Below are positions 8,575 through 17,258 of a DNA stretch of 64,000 nucleotides, piece by piece; within the stretch, counting starts at the first letter, position 1, and every line of letters begins with the position of its first letter. The DNA lies in IMG/VR virus record IMGVR_UViG_3300037419_001523. One strand, given 5' to 3'. The DNA comes from an uncultured virus (IMG/VR IMGVR_UViG_3300037419_001523). Taxonomy: Duplodnaviria > Heunggongvirae > Uroviricota > Caudoviricetes. A model generated the notes under the pieces. That model was not told where the DNA came from. It did no database searches and was given only the letters and a program-made list of their open reading frames with translations. Both the position numbers and the translations under genes were made by a program.

Positions 8575-8769
8575 TTAACTAATTAACCATGAAACAAAAA
8601 TAATAAATCCTACTACAAATACAAGAAATACCCAAATATCATTCTCAGTATATTCTACTGGTTTATTATTCCTACTCCTACCTCTATTATAAGCATCTAC
8701 TGCTCTATAAACTTCTCTTCTCGCCTGTCTTCTTGCATATCTATAACATGAACTTTTAAATGATCTCAT
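8575..8769 (-). CDS. Small basic protein with a C-terminal transmembrane helix
   Basis: GAGGAGG RBS before the ATG at 8769; hydrophobic tail IWVFLVFVVGFIIFVSWLIS. Confidence 0.65.
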   Translation of the reverse strand: MRSFKSSCYRYARRQARREVYRAVDAYNRGRSRNNKPVEYTENDIWVFLVFVVGFIIFVSWLIS

Positions 8770-8794
8770 AATAATCCTCCTCAATTAGATTTTT

Positions 8795-8892
8795 AAAAGG
8801 TTAACAATTTGGGTGATTAAATAATATAACTATAATATTATATATAATTATTAATATATTTATTCTTTAATAGGTCAAATAGTTAACCTTTT
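8795..8892. other. Candidate replication origin: 17-bp inverted repeats flanking an almost pure A/T spacer
   Basis: AAAAGGTTAACAATTTG (8795-8811) and the inverted CAAATAGTTAACCTTTT (8876-8892) enclose a 64-bp AT-rich spacer; an exact third copy lies at 9717-9733. Confidence 0.6.
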
Positions 8893-9662
8893 TAATTTAC
8901 TGTGTATGTATTAGCTTTTTTATTAAACTCACCATCTATCAATCTGCAATCATTCCCCTTATAAGAAATCAATCCTTCCTGACACAACTTGATTAAATAT
9001 TTATCAACTGTATTCTTACTCATTCCTATTTCTTCCCCTAAACGTTCAACGGATGAATTATACTCTCCAAATTTATCACACCTGTATTTCAAATATCCGT
9101 AAAGGTAAAATCCACTGCATCTTAAATCACTTTCCATACACTTTGTAAATAAATCAAATGTCATTTCATGTGTGTAATAGATATCATAAAACGTACCATT
9201 CTCTCCATTTCTATTTAATCCCTTGACTGGAACTTTAATTTTATAATTCCTACCCTTTTGTTTTTGGTATAGTTTCCTTATATCCTCGTCAAAGTCACTC
9301 AGCATATCACTCAGCATAGTAAATTCTAAATTACCATCTTCAAATGTCCACAGTAACGGATAATTTGTACTTGTTTCAGTAAATCCTATTTCATCCAATA
9401 ATCCTCCTTTCTTAATCAGATAATCCAATTTCTTATTTGTTGCATTGTAACCTAAGATTTGCTTAATCATCTTTACATCAATATTCAATTCTCCATACTT
9501 AGTGTACCTGTATAGCCAGCTAATCAAATAGTAATACGTGTATGTAAAAGCAACATGACTACTTCCTTTGCTATGTAGTACCTTTAACTCCTCAAATACT
9601 TCATTATGTATGTAAAGTTTATTCTGATGATCATTGTAATGTAAAAGTTGTTTTATTTTCAA
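8892..9662 (-). CDS. Tandem winged-helix replication-initiator-like protein
   Basis: GAAAGGAG RBS before the TTG at 9662. It has two wHTH-like repeats (C-terminal SVERLGEEIGMSKNTVDKYLIKLCQEGLI) and is flanked by the 17-bp repeat on both sides. Confidence 0.6.
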   Translation of the reverse strand: MKIKQLLHYNDHQNKLYIHNEVFEELKVLHSKGSSHVAFTYTYYYLISWLYRYTKYGELNIDVKMIKQILGYNATNKKLDYLIKKGGLLDEIGFTETSTNYPLLWTFEDGNLEFTMLSDMLSDFDEDIRKLYQKQKGRNYKIKVPVKGLNRNGENGTFYDIYYTHEMTFDLFTKCMESDLRCSGFYLYGYLKYRCDKFGEYNSSVERLGEEIGMSKNTVDKYLIKLCQEGLISYKGNDCRLIDGEFNKKANTYTVN

Positions 9663-9866
9663 TTTAGTTTCTCCTTTCAAGATTAATATTAATATATTTT
9701 TGTTTGGTTAGCAAGTAAAAGGTTAACAATTTGAAAATTAATTTATTATCCAAATAAACAATAATTTCTCCGTACCTACCTAGACTACTCGAAACTTAGA
9801 AACTCAACTGTATCAGACGTATAAACAGTCTCAGATATATTCTAACGAAAAAGAAAAAGCAGCACA

Positions 9867-12140
9867 CTACGTACCACTTTCCCTCCATTTATTTATCTCA
9901 TTTTCATCAACGTTAATTTCATAACGTTTATTTGGTAATTGAATTAACCACTCATCATCCACAAGTTCATGAATTAAAGCATGGACTTTATTCATAGCAA
10001 TACCCATCAAATCTTGTAAATGAGAAACACGTAATTCTCCTGTTGTAGCAATAATCCTTTTCAATTTATCAATTGGTTTTTCAACTTTAACCTCCTCTAA
10101 TTCACCACCATCCACCACAACATCCTTAAACAATTCCTTCAAACTATCATATATATCTTCTTCATCTTCCTCAACTAAAGTTAATATCGTTGACTGAAAA
10201 CGTTCATATTCCTTTAACTGCCCTTCTAGTCTACACACTCCATCTCCTTTACCTAACAAGTTATAAGGAATCCCTTTTCCAAATACAGTTGTATAATCTG
10301 ATGAAGTTTTCAATCTAAAACTAATTGCTGAAGGTAAATTACTTTTCAACACACTTGTAACAATATCTGCTAAAGGTTTCTGTGTGCAAATGATTAAATG
10401 TATACCTGCTGCCCTAGCCATTTGCCCTAATCGTACTAAATGATCTTCTACATTCGCATTAACCATTACTAAATCTGCATATTCATCTACTGCAACAACA
10501 ATATATGGAATCTTAACTTCATTATTTTTGTTGTAGGTTGCTATGTTTCTTACTCCACTTTTAGCGAATAATTCATATCTCTTTTCCATTTCATTTACTA
10601 ATGAAGATAACAATGCATCCGCCTTTTTCATATCTGTGATTATCTTTTTAACTTGAGGAAATCCTTCAAAGAATGTGTACTCAACCTGTTTAGGATCAAC
10701 TAAGTATAATGCTAATTCATCAGGTGGAACATTCAATAACAAACTGAGTAAGAGTAAATTTACGAATACAGATTTACCTGAACCTGTTGCTCCTGTAACT
10801 AATAAATGTCTTAATTCGGCTAAGTCACTAAACATTAATCCTCCATTCACATTTTCCCCAATGATAAAAGGGAGGGGGTATTTTTCCTTGTGCTGTTGAA
10901 ATTCCTCTGATTCTAAGATGCCCCTAAAATATACGATTCCTCTTTCTTCCAATGGTACAAAAACATTAATCGTATCAGGTTTATCACCAATCTCTACACT
11001 CACTCCTTCATTACCTAAAGCAGCTTTAATATCAGTTAACTTTTTTGTAATAGATGTATACGTAATTTCTGGTGGAATGACCATCTGAACTTTTAACAAA
11101 CTTGCTCCTTGATGAAGTTCACTGACTTTTAACGGTTTCTGTACAATTCCAACCCTTTTAAACGCTTGATTTATTAATTGTGCTTTAGATTGATCAACTT
11201 CCACATTCTTATTTTCACTCTTAGGCATTAATTGAATTGCTTTTTGCAATAGCATACTGTCTTCCAAACTCTTAACTACACTTTGTTGCTTGATTGGTTT
11301 CTCTAATTCAACCTTTGTAACAGTAGAAGGTTTTTCATTGCATAAAACACTAAAAATCTCACTTTCTGATAACATTTGATTCACTAAATCAACCTGAAAC
11401 TCCCTATTTTCAATCAATTTGATAAAATTACGCTTATTTTTTACCTTTTTTACCCTAAATTCATTAAAAAGTTGTAGTTTTTGTAGGTTTTTCTCCATAT
11501 TTTCAACAAAATGATTCACATATTTCTGTTCATAAACAATAAATCTTGATTCAAAACGATAATTTTGACTGAGTATCTTCTGCTCCATTTCCTCAATCTG
11601 ATCTCGTTTAACTTGGAAATTGTTTAGTTTAGTCAGTATGTTAATAACTTTCTCTTGTAACTTGATAGTAAACTTATTCCCTAATGGAGTATCATTACCA
11701 GAAAGATAACTAGTATACTGCTGAATTACATTTTCTCGCCAATTATCTAATCTTTTGCATAATAACACTTGAGAAAACACTGTTGCATTAGGAAAATTAG
11801 TAACACAATTAAATAAATCAATAAATTGTTTTGTATCTAGTGGCATGAATAATGGTTTTTCTAAAACTAACTCAAATACAGTCAATTCCTTTACATCTTC
11901 ACTCTTGAACTCCCATTTTTTATCTGTGACAATTAAATTTTGTTTATCAAAGGAGGGGGTAATTAAATATTTCTCCCTATAGTCAGGCATACTTAATTGC
12001 TCCAGACAATATACCCCTTCCCCAATAAATCGTGATTGTAATATTTGATTGATTAAGTTGGAACTGAATCCATCTATTTCATACACATTTGATTTTTCAT
12101 TGACTAAAGGTGTTTTGTTGATCATTCGTGAAAGTGTCAT
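9867..12140 (-). CDS. FtsK/SpoIIIE-family DNA translocase with an atypical soluble N-terminal domain and a gamma-like C-terminal wHTH
   Basis: Walker A GATGSGKS, Walker B VVAVDEYADL, ARAAGIHLIICTQKP and LLGKGD motifs; C-terminal VSHLQDLMGIAMNKVHALIHEL. No obvious N-terminal TM segments. Confidence 0.9.
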   Translation of the reverse strand: MTLSRMINKTPLVNEKSNVYEIDGFSSNLINQILQSRFIGEGVYCLEQLSMPDYREKYLITPSFDKQNLIVTDKKWEFKSEDVKELTVFELVLEKPLFMPLDTKQFIDLFNCVTNFPNATVFSQVLLCKRLDNWRENVIQQYTSYLSGNDTPLGNKFTIKLQEKVINILTKLNNFQVKRDQIEEMEQKILSQNYRFESRFIVYEQKYVNHFVENMEKNLQKLQLFNEFRVKKVKNKRNFIKLIENREFQVDLVNQMLSESEIFSVLCNEKPSTVTKVELEKPIKQQSVVKSLEDSMLLQKAIQLMPKSENKNVEVDQSKAQLINQAFKRVGIVQKPLKVSELHQGASLLKVQMVIPPEITYTSITKKLTDIKAALGNEGVSVEIGDKPDTINVFVPLEERGIVYFRGILESEEFQQHKEKYPLPFIIGENVNGGLMFSDLAELRHLLVTGATGSGKSVFVNLLLLSLLLNVPPDELALYLVDPKQVEYTFFEGFPQVKKIITDMKKADALLSSLVNEMEKRYELFAKSGVRNIATYNKNNEVKIPYIVVAVDEYADLVMVNANVEDHLVRLGQMARAAGIHLIICTQKPLADIVTSVLKSNLPSAISFRLKTSSDYTTVFGKGIPYNLLGKGDGVCRLEGQLKEYERFQSTILTLVEEDEEDIYDSLKELFKDVVVDGGELEEVKVEKPIDKLKRIIATTGELRVSHLQDLMGIAMNKVHALIHELVDDEWLIQLPNKRYEINVDENEINKWRESGT

Positions 12141-12241
12141 CTTCTTTTCATCTCTTTCATGATGTGAGTTGAACTTATCGCTAACACTGTGAGATTAACC
12201 AATACCATTGTGACATTTAAAATTAACACTGATCCAATCAT
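12137..12241 (-). CDS. 34-aa single-pass membrane peptide translationally coupled to the FtsK gene
   Basis: AAGGGAGG RBS; MIGSVLILNVTMVLVNLTVLAISSTHIMKEMKRR*; its TGA overlaps the FtsK ATG (ATGA). Confidence 0.65.
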   Translation of the reverse strand: MIGSVLILNVTMVLVNLTVLAISSTHIMKEMKRR

Positions 12242-12362
12242 TTCACTGCCTCCCTTAATTTCAATTTAAGTGAATGAGTTGTGTGAGTAATCAAATTGAC
12301 CACAAGGAAACTAGAATAAAACTTCTTCCCTAATATCGCTAAAATACCTAATTTTACAAATA

Positions 12363-13652
12363 TCATAATAAATCACCTACATATCTTCTTTTGTGATGCT
12401 TACGTAAAGAAGCAACTTTTTTCATTTTGTCTTCTGCTCTCTTCTTTAAAAATTGAGTTGGTCTAAAATTTTTAAAAGTTAATATATCCCAAGTCTCTTT
12501 AAGTGTATTTTTACCTTCATCATACTGATCAAAAACATCTGATTTATCTCCTGTCATTCTTGTGACGAAATTAGGGGGATTTAATAATCGTAAAAGTCCA
12601 CCTGCTACAATCAATAACTTAATGATTAACGTAAATAATCCTCCCTGTATCCCTTGAGTGCTAAAGATGAATATTCCCATTAATAAAATGAATACTGAGT
12701 AAACTAATTGCACTAATGATAAAGATTTAACTTTACTCCACCACAGATTGAAATAATGCCTATGTCTATCGAATACCCAAGTAGATAATGCTAATGGACT
12801 AATACAAGCAAGACACATCAAGTCCCACCAACGCTTACCTGCCTGAAAGCAAACTGGAATCAATAATGCGATGGATGCTAAATCAAACAGAATAACAATT
12901 CCTGTATCGAACCAACTGATTGTTTGATTAGATATAAATCCATTATCATTTGTTCCATTGAATATACTTATTTTTGTGATAGCATTGGATAATTTATTGA
13001 GATAATCAAAACTTGTTTCAAACGCAAAAGGTAAAAATCCTGAAACTCCTGCAACTATCGCCCATCTTTTAATGATTTTATTGAATGGAGTATGATCTTT
13101 TTTGAACATCTGCATAAAGGCTTCAAATACAGTTAACATGGTTACTATCGTAATGGAAATAAGTGCAAAAGTGAGGGAAGTATTTTTCAGGTACGGATTG
13201 TTGAATATGAACAAAGGGGTTTGGAGGACAATATTAGCCATGAAGTGATAAATATGAGTGAGTAAGTCTGCTGTTAGTTTTGGAATGGAAAATGGAAGGT
13301 TATTAAACCAATCTAATCCTTTTATTACATATCCTGTGATACCTTCTAAGCTGTGAATTAATCCTTTAGGTATATCCGTTAATGATAATCCTGTTTTTGA
13401 ATTAGCAACGTGTGTAAGCACCCCTTTTTTCTGAAATACAACTTCACCAATTGTAGCAGCTTTAACACTTTTAAATACGAATAGTAAACTTGCTGTTGAT
13501 ACAGTTGCAAATGGAAATATAATTTTCTTTAGAATGGGGATACCCACCAACCGTTTCCACTGAAGAATAAATTTGCTACGTAATATATCAAGAAAACTAG
13601 AGGGACTGCTATTAGCACTTGAACGAGTCCTCGAACTATGTCTTTCGCCCAT
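12363..13652 (-). CDS. Polytopic membrane protein, TrbL/VirB6-like (start uncertain, probably near 13550)
   Basis: About 6-7 hydrophobic segments; LACISPLALSTWVF...FNLWWSKV..LSLVQLVYS resembles the TrbL/VirB6 core. Confidence 0.65.
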   Translation of the reverse strand: MGERHSSRTRSSANSSPSSFLDILRSKFILQWKRLVGIPILKKIIFPFATVSTASLLFVFKSVKAATIGEVVFQKKGVLTHVANSKTGLSLTDIPKGLIHSLEGITGYVIKGLDWFNNLPFSIPKLTADLLTHIYHFMANIVLQTPLFIFNNPYLKNTSLTFALISITIVTMLTVFEAFMQMFKKDHTPFNKIIKRWAIVAGVSGFLPFAFETSFDYLNKLSNAITKISIFNGTNDNGFISNQTISWFDTGIVILFDLASIALLIPVCFQAGKRWWDLMCLACISPLALSTWVFDRHRHYFNLWWSKVKSLSLVQLVYSVFILLMGIFIFSTQGIQGGLFTLIIKLLIVAGGLLRLLNPPNFVTRMTGDKSDVFDQYDEGKNTLKETWDILTFKNFRPTQFLKKRAEDKMKKVASLRKHHKRRYVGDLL

Positions 13653-14077
13653 TGTGTCATTCCATTGATTCTGAACATCCTCCCTACTGCATTGGCTACT
13701 AGAAGTATTGCTGCCAATATTACTGCTGCTCCTACTGATATTTTCAGAAGTGTTAATAGAAGTTCTAATAACTCTGGTGGCATTCCTGTTGCTGTTTGTG
13801 GAAGAGTTGTTGTTCCCACTGGTAGGGACGAGTTTGCCATTGATCTTAATGGTAATATCAGAAAACTGCTCGCTGTCATTAGAAATGTCTGAATTTTTCG
13901 TTTGTGTTCTTTTCTTTCTTTCTTGTTTAGCTTTTTCACCTCCTTTAGTAAAGTGGGGGAATGAAAATTTACATTGTTATCAATGATGACTTTATCGTTG
14001 TTAATTGTGAAAGGTTTAAAAAAATTATACTTAACTAATGTGTCTTGATTTTTCACGGAGAGATTCACCAACACCAT
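13529..14077 (-). CDS. TrbC/VirB2 pilin-like membrane protein
   Basis: Long leader followed by two hydrophobic helices separated by a short charged loop (GRMFRINGMTQWAKDIVRGL); GGAGGGG RBS. Confidence 0.55.
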   Translation of the reverse strand: MVLVNLSVKNQDTLVKYNFFKPFTINNDKVIIDNNVNFHSPTLLKEVKKLNKKERKEHKRKIQTFLMTASSFLILPLRSMANSSLPVGTTTLPQTATGMPPELLELLLTLLKISVGAAVILAAILLVANAVGRMFRINGMTQWAKDIVRGLVQVLIAVPLVFLIYYVANLFFSGNGWWVSPF

Positions 14078-14210
14078 TTTCGTCCCCTCCCTTACTCTTT
14101 TTACCTAATTTAAATTCATGAAAGAATTGAAGACCAAGTGCAGATGCAATTCCGATTCCACCCATAGTTGCAAGTTTTAATGTAGCTATAATAATAAATG
14201 AAGTTCCCAT
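14031..14210 (-). CDS. 59-aa membrane peptide, first gene of the membrane/FtsK operon
   Basis: AGGAGG RBS; MGTSFIIIATLKLATMGGIGIASALGLQFFHEFK...; below the ORF-track cutoff. Confidence 0.65.
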   Translation of the reverse strand: MGTSFIIIATLKLATMGGIGIASALGLQFFHEFKLGKKSKGGDENGVGESLREKSRHIS

Positions 14211-14270
14211 AATTGTAACCTCCTAGAATGTTTTGTAATGCTTTGTTTTTCTATGCTTTAGCCTATTCAG

Positions 14271-14301
14271 ATTGTATGACAGTTGAAATTTGTACTATTA
14301 C
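14271..14301 (-). promoter_or_regulatory. sigma-E-like (mother-cell sporulation) promoter
   Basis: gtaATA-17 nt-CATACAAT; the -10 element equals the sigE consensus cATAcanT. Confidence 0.5.
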
Positions 14302-14344
14302 ATCTTTTTTCATGTAATTTTTCAACTTTATAGTTAAAAAAAAA

Positions 14345-14779
14345 TTACTCCTCCTCTCTATAAAGAACTTTATTCATTGGAGGACATCCAACCGCAATCC
14401 AGATTCTTAAAAAATAATCTAATGATGGCTGAGAACGGTTAGTTAAAATAATACTTATGTTTCCAGCATCGATTTTTGTTTTCTCTGCAAGGTCTTTTTG
14501 TTTCCATCCTAAATAAGTGATGTATTCTTTAAACTTATTTTTAAGCCTATAGGGTTTACCAAGATCATCAAGACCAGATAATTCCTCTCCGTTCTTTAAT
14601 TTATTTAGATAAGCATTAACGCAACCTGTAACAAAATCTTCTATATTTAAATCGATGGGCTTACCTTTTCTTTTAGCTTTATCATTGCGTAAATTTTGGT
14701 ATTGTACGTATTCGTTTATTTCATTAAAAGTTTCTTTTTTAAATTTAATTGTTAATTCCACATACTCCTGCTTTTTCAT
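14345..14779 (-). CDS. Transcriptional regulator with C-terminal XRE HTH and possible N-terminal ribbon-helix-helix
   Basis: LKNKFKEY...KQKDLAEKTKIDAGNISIILTNRSQPSLD; AAGGAGG RBS. Confidence 0.8.
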   Translation of the reverse strand: MKKQEYVELTIKFKKETFNEINEYVQYQNLRNDKAKRKGKPIDLNIEDFVTGCVNAYLNKLKNGEELSGLDDLGKPYRLKNKFKEYITYLGWKQKDLAEKTKIDAGNISIILTNRSQPSLDYFLRIWIAVGCPPMNKVLYREEE

Positions 14780-14809
14780 GTATAAGAACCTCCTTAACGT
14801 GGGATATTA
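14780..14809 (+). promoter_or_regulatory. sigma-F/G-like (forespore) promoter
   Basis: GTATA-15 nt-TGGGATATTA versus the sigF consensus GYWTA-15-GGNRAYANTW. Confidence 0.45.
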
Positions 14810-14848
14810 GTATCAGACACAGCAAACAACGAACTAGGAGTGATACTA

Positions 14849-14947
14849 ATGTTAAATATACAATTATTAAAAAGAGACGAAGATGACTTAAATGATACAT
14901 TAGATGAAATTTTTGATAACTCAGATAGAAATGACAATAGAAGATAA
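14849..14947 (+). CDS. 32-aa acidic peptide
   Basis: AGGAGTG RBS; MLNIQLLKRDEDDLNDTLDEIFDNSDRNDNRR*. Confidence 0.45.
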   Translation: MLNIQLLKRDEDDLNDTLDEIFDNSDRNDNRR

Positions 14948-14960
14948 AGGGTGATTATAG

Positions 14961-15119
14961 ATGCAACAACTAGGCTCATGGTTTACAACAAATACAAAGT
15001 CAGCTTGGGAAGAACGTTTAGATTATATGAGCAATTATGCTATTGAGAAAACTGGCATGAACAGAAATGAATTGAAGAAGTTGCTTACTTATTTGGATGA
15101 ACAGGGTATCATACGGTAA
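14961..15119 (+). CDS. 52-aa helical protein, antisense-overlapping the M23 gene 3' end
   Basis: AAAGGGTG RBS; MQQLGSWFTTNTKSAWEERLDYMSNYAIEKTGMNRNELKKLLTYLDEQGIIR*. Confidence 0.55.
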   Translation: MQQLGSWFTTNTKSAWEERLDYMSNYAIEKTGMNRNELKKLLTYLDEQGIIR

Positions 15120-15608
15120 GTGAATTAATTGCATTTTTAAATCACTTAGTACATTCATATGTTGTTGCATGTAATCAAAGAAGTTAAGTTTTGTTGTTTC
15201 AGGAATATGTTGTACGAATTGTTTTACATTCATATTTTGAATATCGTTAATATATGGAGACGGATCGAGAAATTGTCCTTCTCCATTTTTTAATCCGAAG
15301 TGTAAATGACTACCTGTAGAAAATCCTGTATTTCCTGCATGACCTAACAAGTCACCTGCTTGAACACGTTGACCATTATGAACTGAGAAATCATTCAAGT
15401 GTCCATAAATAGCAGTTTTATTATCACCATCCCATTTAACTAAAACGGTTTTTCCTGCATTTACATTTCCGAAATCTTTGATGGTCACAACACCATCTTT
15501 AACTGAACGAATCGGCTCACCTATTTCCATCTTAAAATCAATTCCAGAATGACCATGAGAACGGAAAGATTCTTGTTGACCAAATCGTGATGTAATTTTG
15601 TAACTCAT
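15018..15608 (-). CDS. M23/LytM-family peptidoglycan endopeptidase
   Basis: HSGID, YGHL and GNTGFSTGSHLHF zinc motifs are intact; no signal peptide; hydrophobic/amphipathic C-terminus. Confidence 0.9.
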   Translation of the reverse strand: MSYKITSRFGQQESFRSHGHSGIDFKMEIGEPIRSVKDGVVTIKDFGNVNAGKTVLVKWDGDNKTAIYGHLNDFSVHNGQRVQAGDLLGHAGNTGFSTGSHLHFGLKNGEGQFLDPSPYINDIQNMNVKQFVQHIPETTKLNFFDYMQQHMNVLSDLKMQLIHLPYDTLFIQISKQLLQFISVHASFLNSIIAHII

Positions 15609-15660
15609 AATGACTTCCCTTTCATGTGATATTTTTTGAGTAAAGTAAATTCTAAGGTTT

Positions 15661-15787
15661 GTTACTGAAAATTGATAAGTGGTAAAAAGTCGTTACTCGG
15701 TAACGTAGTAATTACTGATGGCTCAGTAACGTAATGAGTAACCAGTTAGACAATCTATCAGTAACGAATGAGTAACAAGTCAGTAAC
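15661..15787. repeat. AGTAAC/GTTACT iteron array (tubC centromere-like)
   Basis: AGTAAC at 15725, 15737, 15760, 15771 and 15782 (spacing 12, 23, 11, 11); inverted GTTACT at 15661 and 15692; variants at 15699, 15707 and 15711. It lies directly downstream of tubZ. Confidence 0.75.
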
Positions 15788-15810
15788 CAGAAATTGCTAT
15801 ATGGATAAAC

Positions 15811-16908
15811 TTATTTTTGATATTTAGATAAGATACTAGACAAGGCTTTCTTGTCTTTTTGTTTTGGTCGAATTTGTAAATTAGATGATTTGTAAGATAT
15901 ACCGTGACCGCTTGAGAGTATATTTGAAAGTGATTCAGACTCGCTAATGGTTTTGTATTCAATTTGTTTTAATCGTTCTGTATTGAATTCTAAGCCAGTT
16001 AGAATTGTATATACGTCACCTTTATTTTCGTGATAGTATCCTTCAAATGAATCCAAGGTTGGATTTTTAAAATCATTTAATATGTTTTGCGGATTTATGA
16101 ATGTCATCAATCCTTCTTGACCATTAAAAATTAGTCCAAATCGGATAATCTTTGTATACGATGGTTTGGTAAAAATAGACTTTTGCCATGAATGTTTAAT
16201 GGCATCTGTTACAGATTCCTTTGACAATTGAATACCATCATTTTGATTGGTGATATTTGTATAAGCTAAAGTAGAAAATCCTGAAGTTTTAAACAGAGTA
16301 AGCAAATCCTTTTGATCTAAATTTCCATTGTGCGATTGTTTGTCTGTATGTTCAATTATAGAATCAATGATGTTGTAAAAAGTTTGATTTACTCTTTTAT
16401 ACAGTTCATTCTTCCCTTCAATTTTTACTTGTTCATTATCAATTGGTAAGATACAAATATTTAATTCACTGAGCTGCTTCAAACATTCTAACGTATTTAT
16501 CTGATTCGCTATAGGTTCTGACAAACTCGGTAAAATTGGTACGGCTACAATCGTTTTGTCACCTAATTCATTCGCCAATATTTCAAGGAACAATGGACTA
16601 ATTCCACTTCCAGTTCCTCCTGCCGTAGAGAATGTAATAAATATTAATTGAACGGAGGGTTGCGAAAAGTTATCTTTAATATAAGAAACAACAATTTCCC
16701 AATTATTCTGCATTAATGAAACTGCTAAATTTCTATCTCTACCTACCCCTTCTGAACCATGTAAACGTAATTTCAAGTGACTTTCAATATGAATACATGT
16801 ATCTAAGTCTTTTTGAGATGAATTTATTATTCCACTTAAATATCCATTTTGAGAGAATAAATCTGCAATTTGTGATCCACATTGACCTAATCCAATACAC
16901 GCAAACAT
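15811..16908 (-). CDS. tubZ: TubZ-like tubulin/FtsZ GTPase (type III partition motor)
   Basis: IGLGQCGSQIA, GSEGVGRD, tubulin signature AGGTGSG, IDN and NLDQKD T7 loop; basic C-terminal tail. Confidence 0.85.
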   Translation of the reverse strand: MFACIGLGQCGSQIADLFSQNGYLSGIINSSQKDLDTCIHIESHLKLRLHGSEGVGRDRNLAVSLMQNNWEIVVSYIKDNFSQPSVQLIFITFSTAGGTGSGISPLFLEILANELGDKTIVAVPILPSLSEPIANQINTLECLKQLSELNICILPIDNEQVKIEGKNELYKRVNQTFYNIIDSIIEHTDKQSHNGNLDQKDLLTLFKTSGFSTLAYTNITNQNDGIQLSKESVTDAIKHSWQKSIFTKPSYTKIIRFGLIFNGQEGLMTFINPQNILNDFKNPTLDSFEGYYHENKGDVYTILTGLEFNTERLKQIEYKTISESESLSNILSSGHGISYKSSNLQIRPKQKDKKALSSILSKYQK

Positions 16909-17189
16909 TACACTTCAACTCCTTCGGTGATTTTTTGAATTGCCATTACTCCATAATCAGTCAAATAGAAATGGTGAAACCTATTTAATTTGGTTACTTC
17001 AATAAACATAAGTAATTCTAATCGTTCGATTACTTTTCTTAGTGCATACTCACCTATTCCTGATTCTGTTGTGATTTGTGACTTATCTAATGACTGAAAT
17101 TTATTTATCGAATCCTTGGACAATAGAATATTCATGATTAATAAATCATCTCTACTTAGTCGCTTAACAATTGCATCAAAGTGATTCAT
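16908..17189 (-). CDS. tubR: TubR-like winged-helix adaptor
   Basis: 93-aa wHTH (GIGEYALRKVIERLELLMFIE...FYLTDYG) overlapping the tubZ start by 1 nt. Confidence 0.65.
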   Translation of the reverse strand: MNHFDAIVKRLSRDDLLIMNILLSKDSINKFQSLDKSQITTESGIGEYALRKVIERLELLMFIEVTKLNRFHHFYLTDYGVMAIQKITEGVEV

Positions 17190-17258
17190 TAATTCTTCCT
17201 CCTTGTTGTTTATTTCAAAGTTGTTGTAGAATTGATGCTCTTTGTCGTTGATTAATAC

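Noticed and set aside
14794..14979. ORF-track minus-strand 61-aa hydrophobic ORF
   Set aside because: It has no RBS and reads as the shadow of two RBS-bearing + strand ORFs.
15661..15787. Possible CRISPR array
   Set aside because: The units are 6-7 bp at 11-12 bp spacing with no spacer structure and no cas genes.
15811..16908. Chromosomal cell-division FtsZ
   Set aside because: The sequence is divergent, lacks the FtsZ C-terminal core peptide and dcw context, and is paired with a wHTH gene and iterons.
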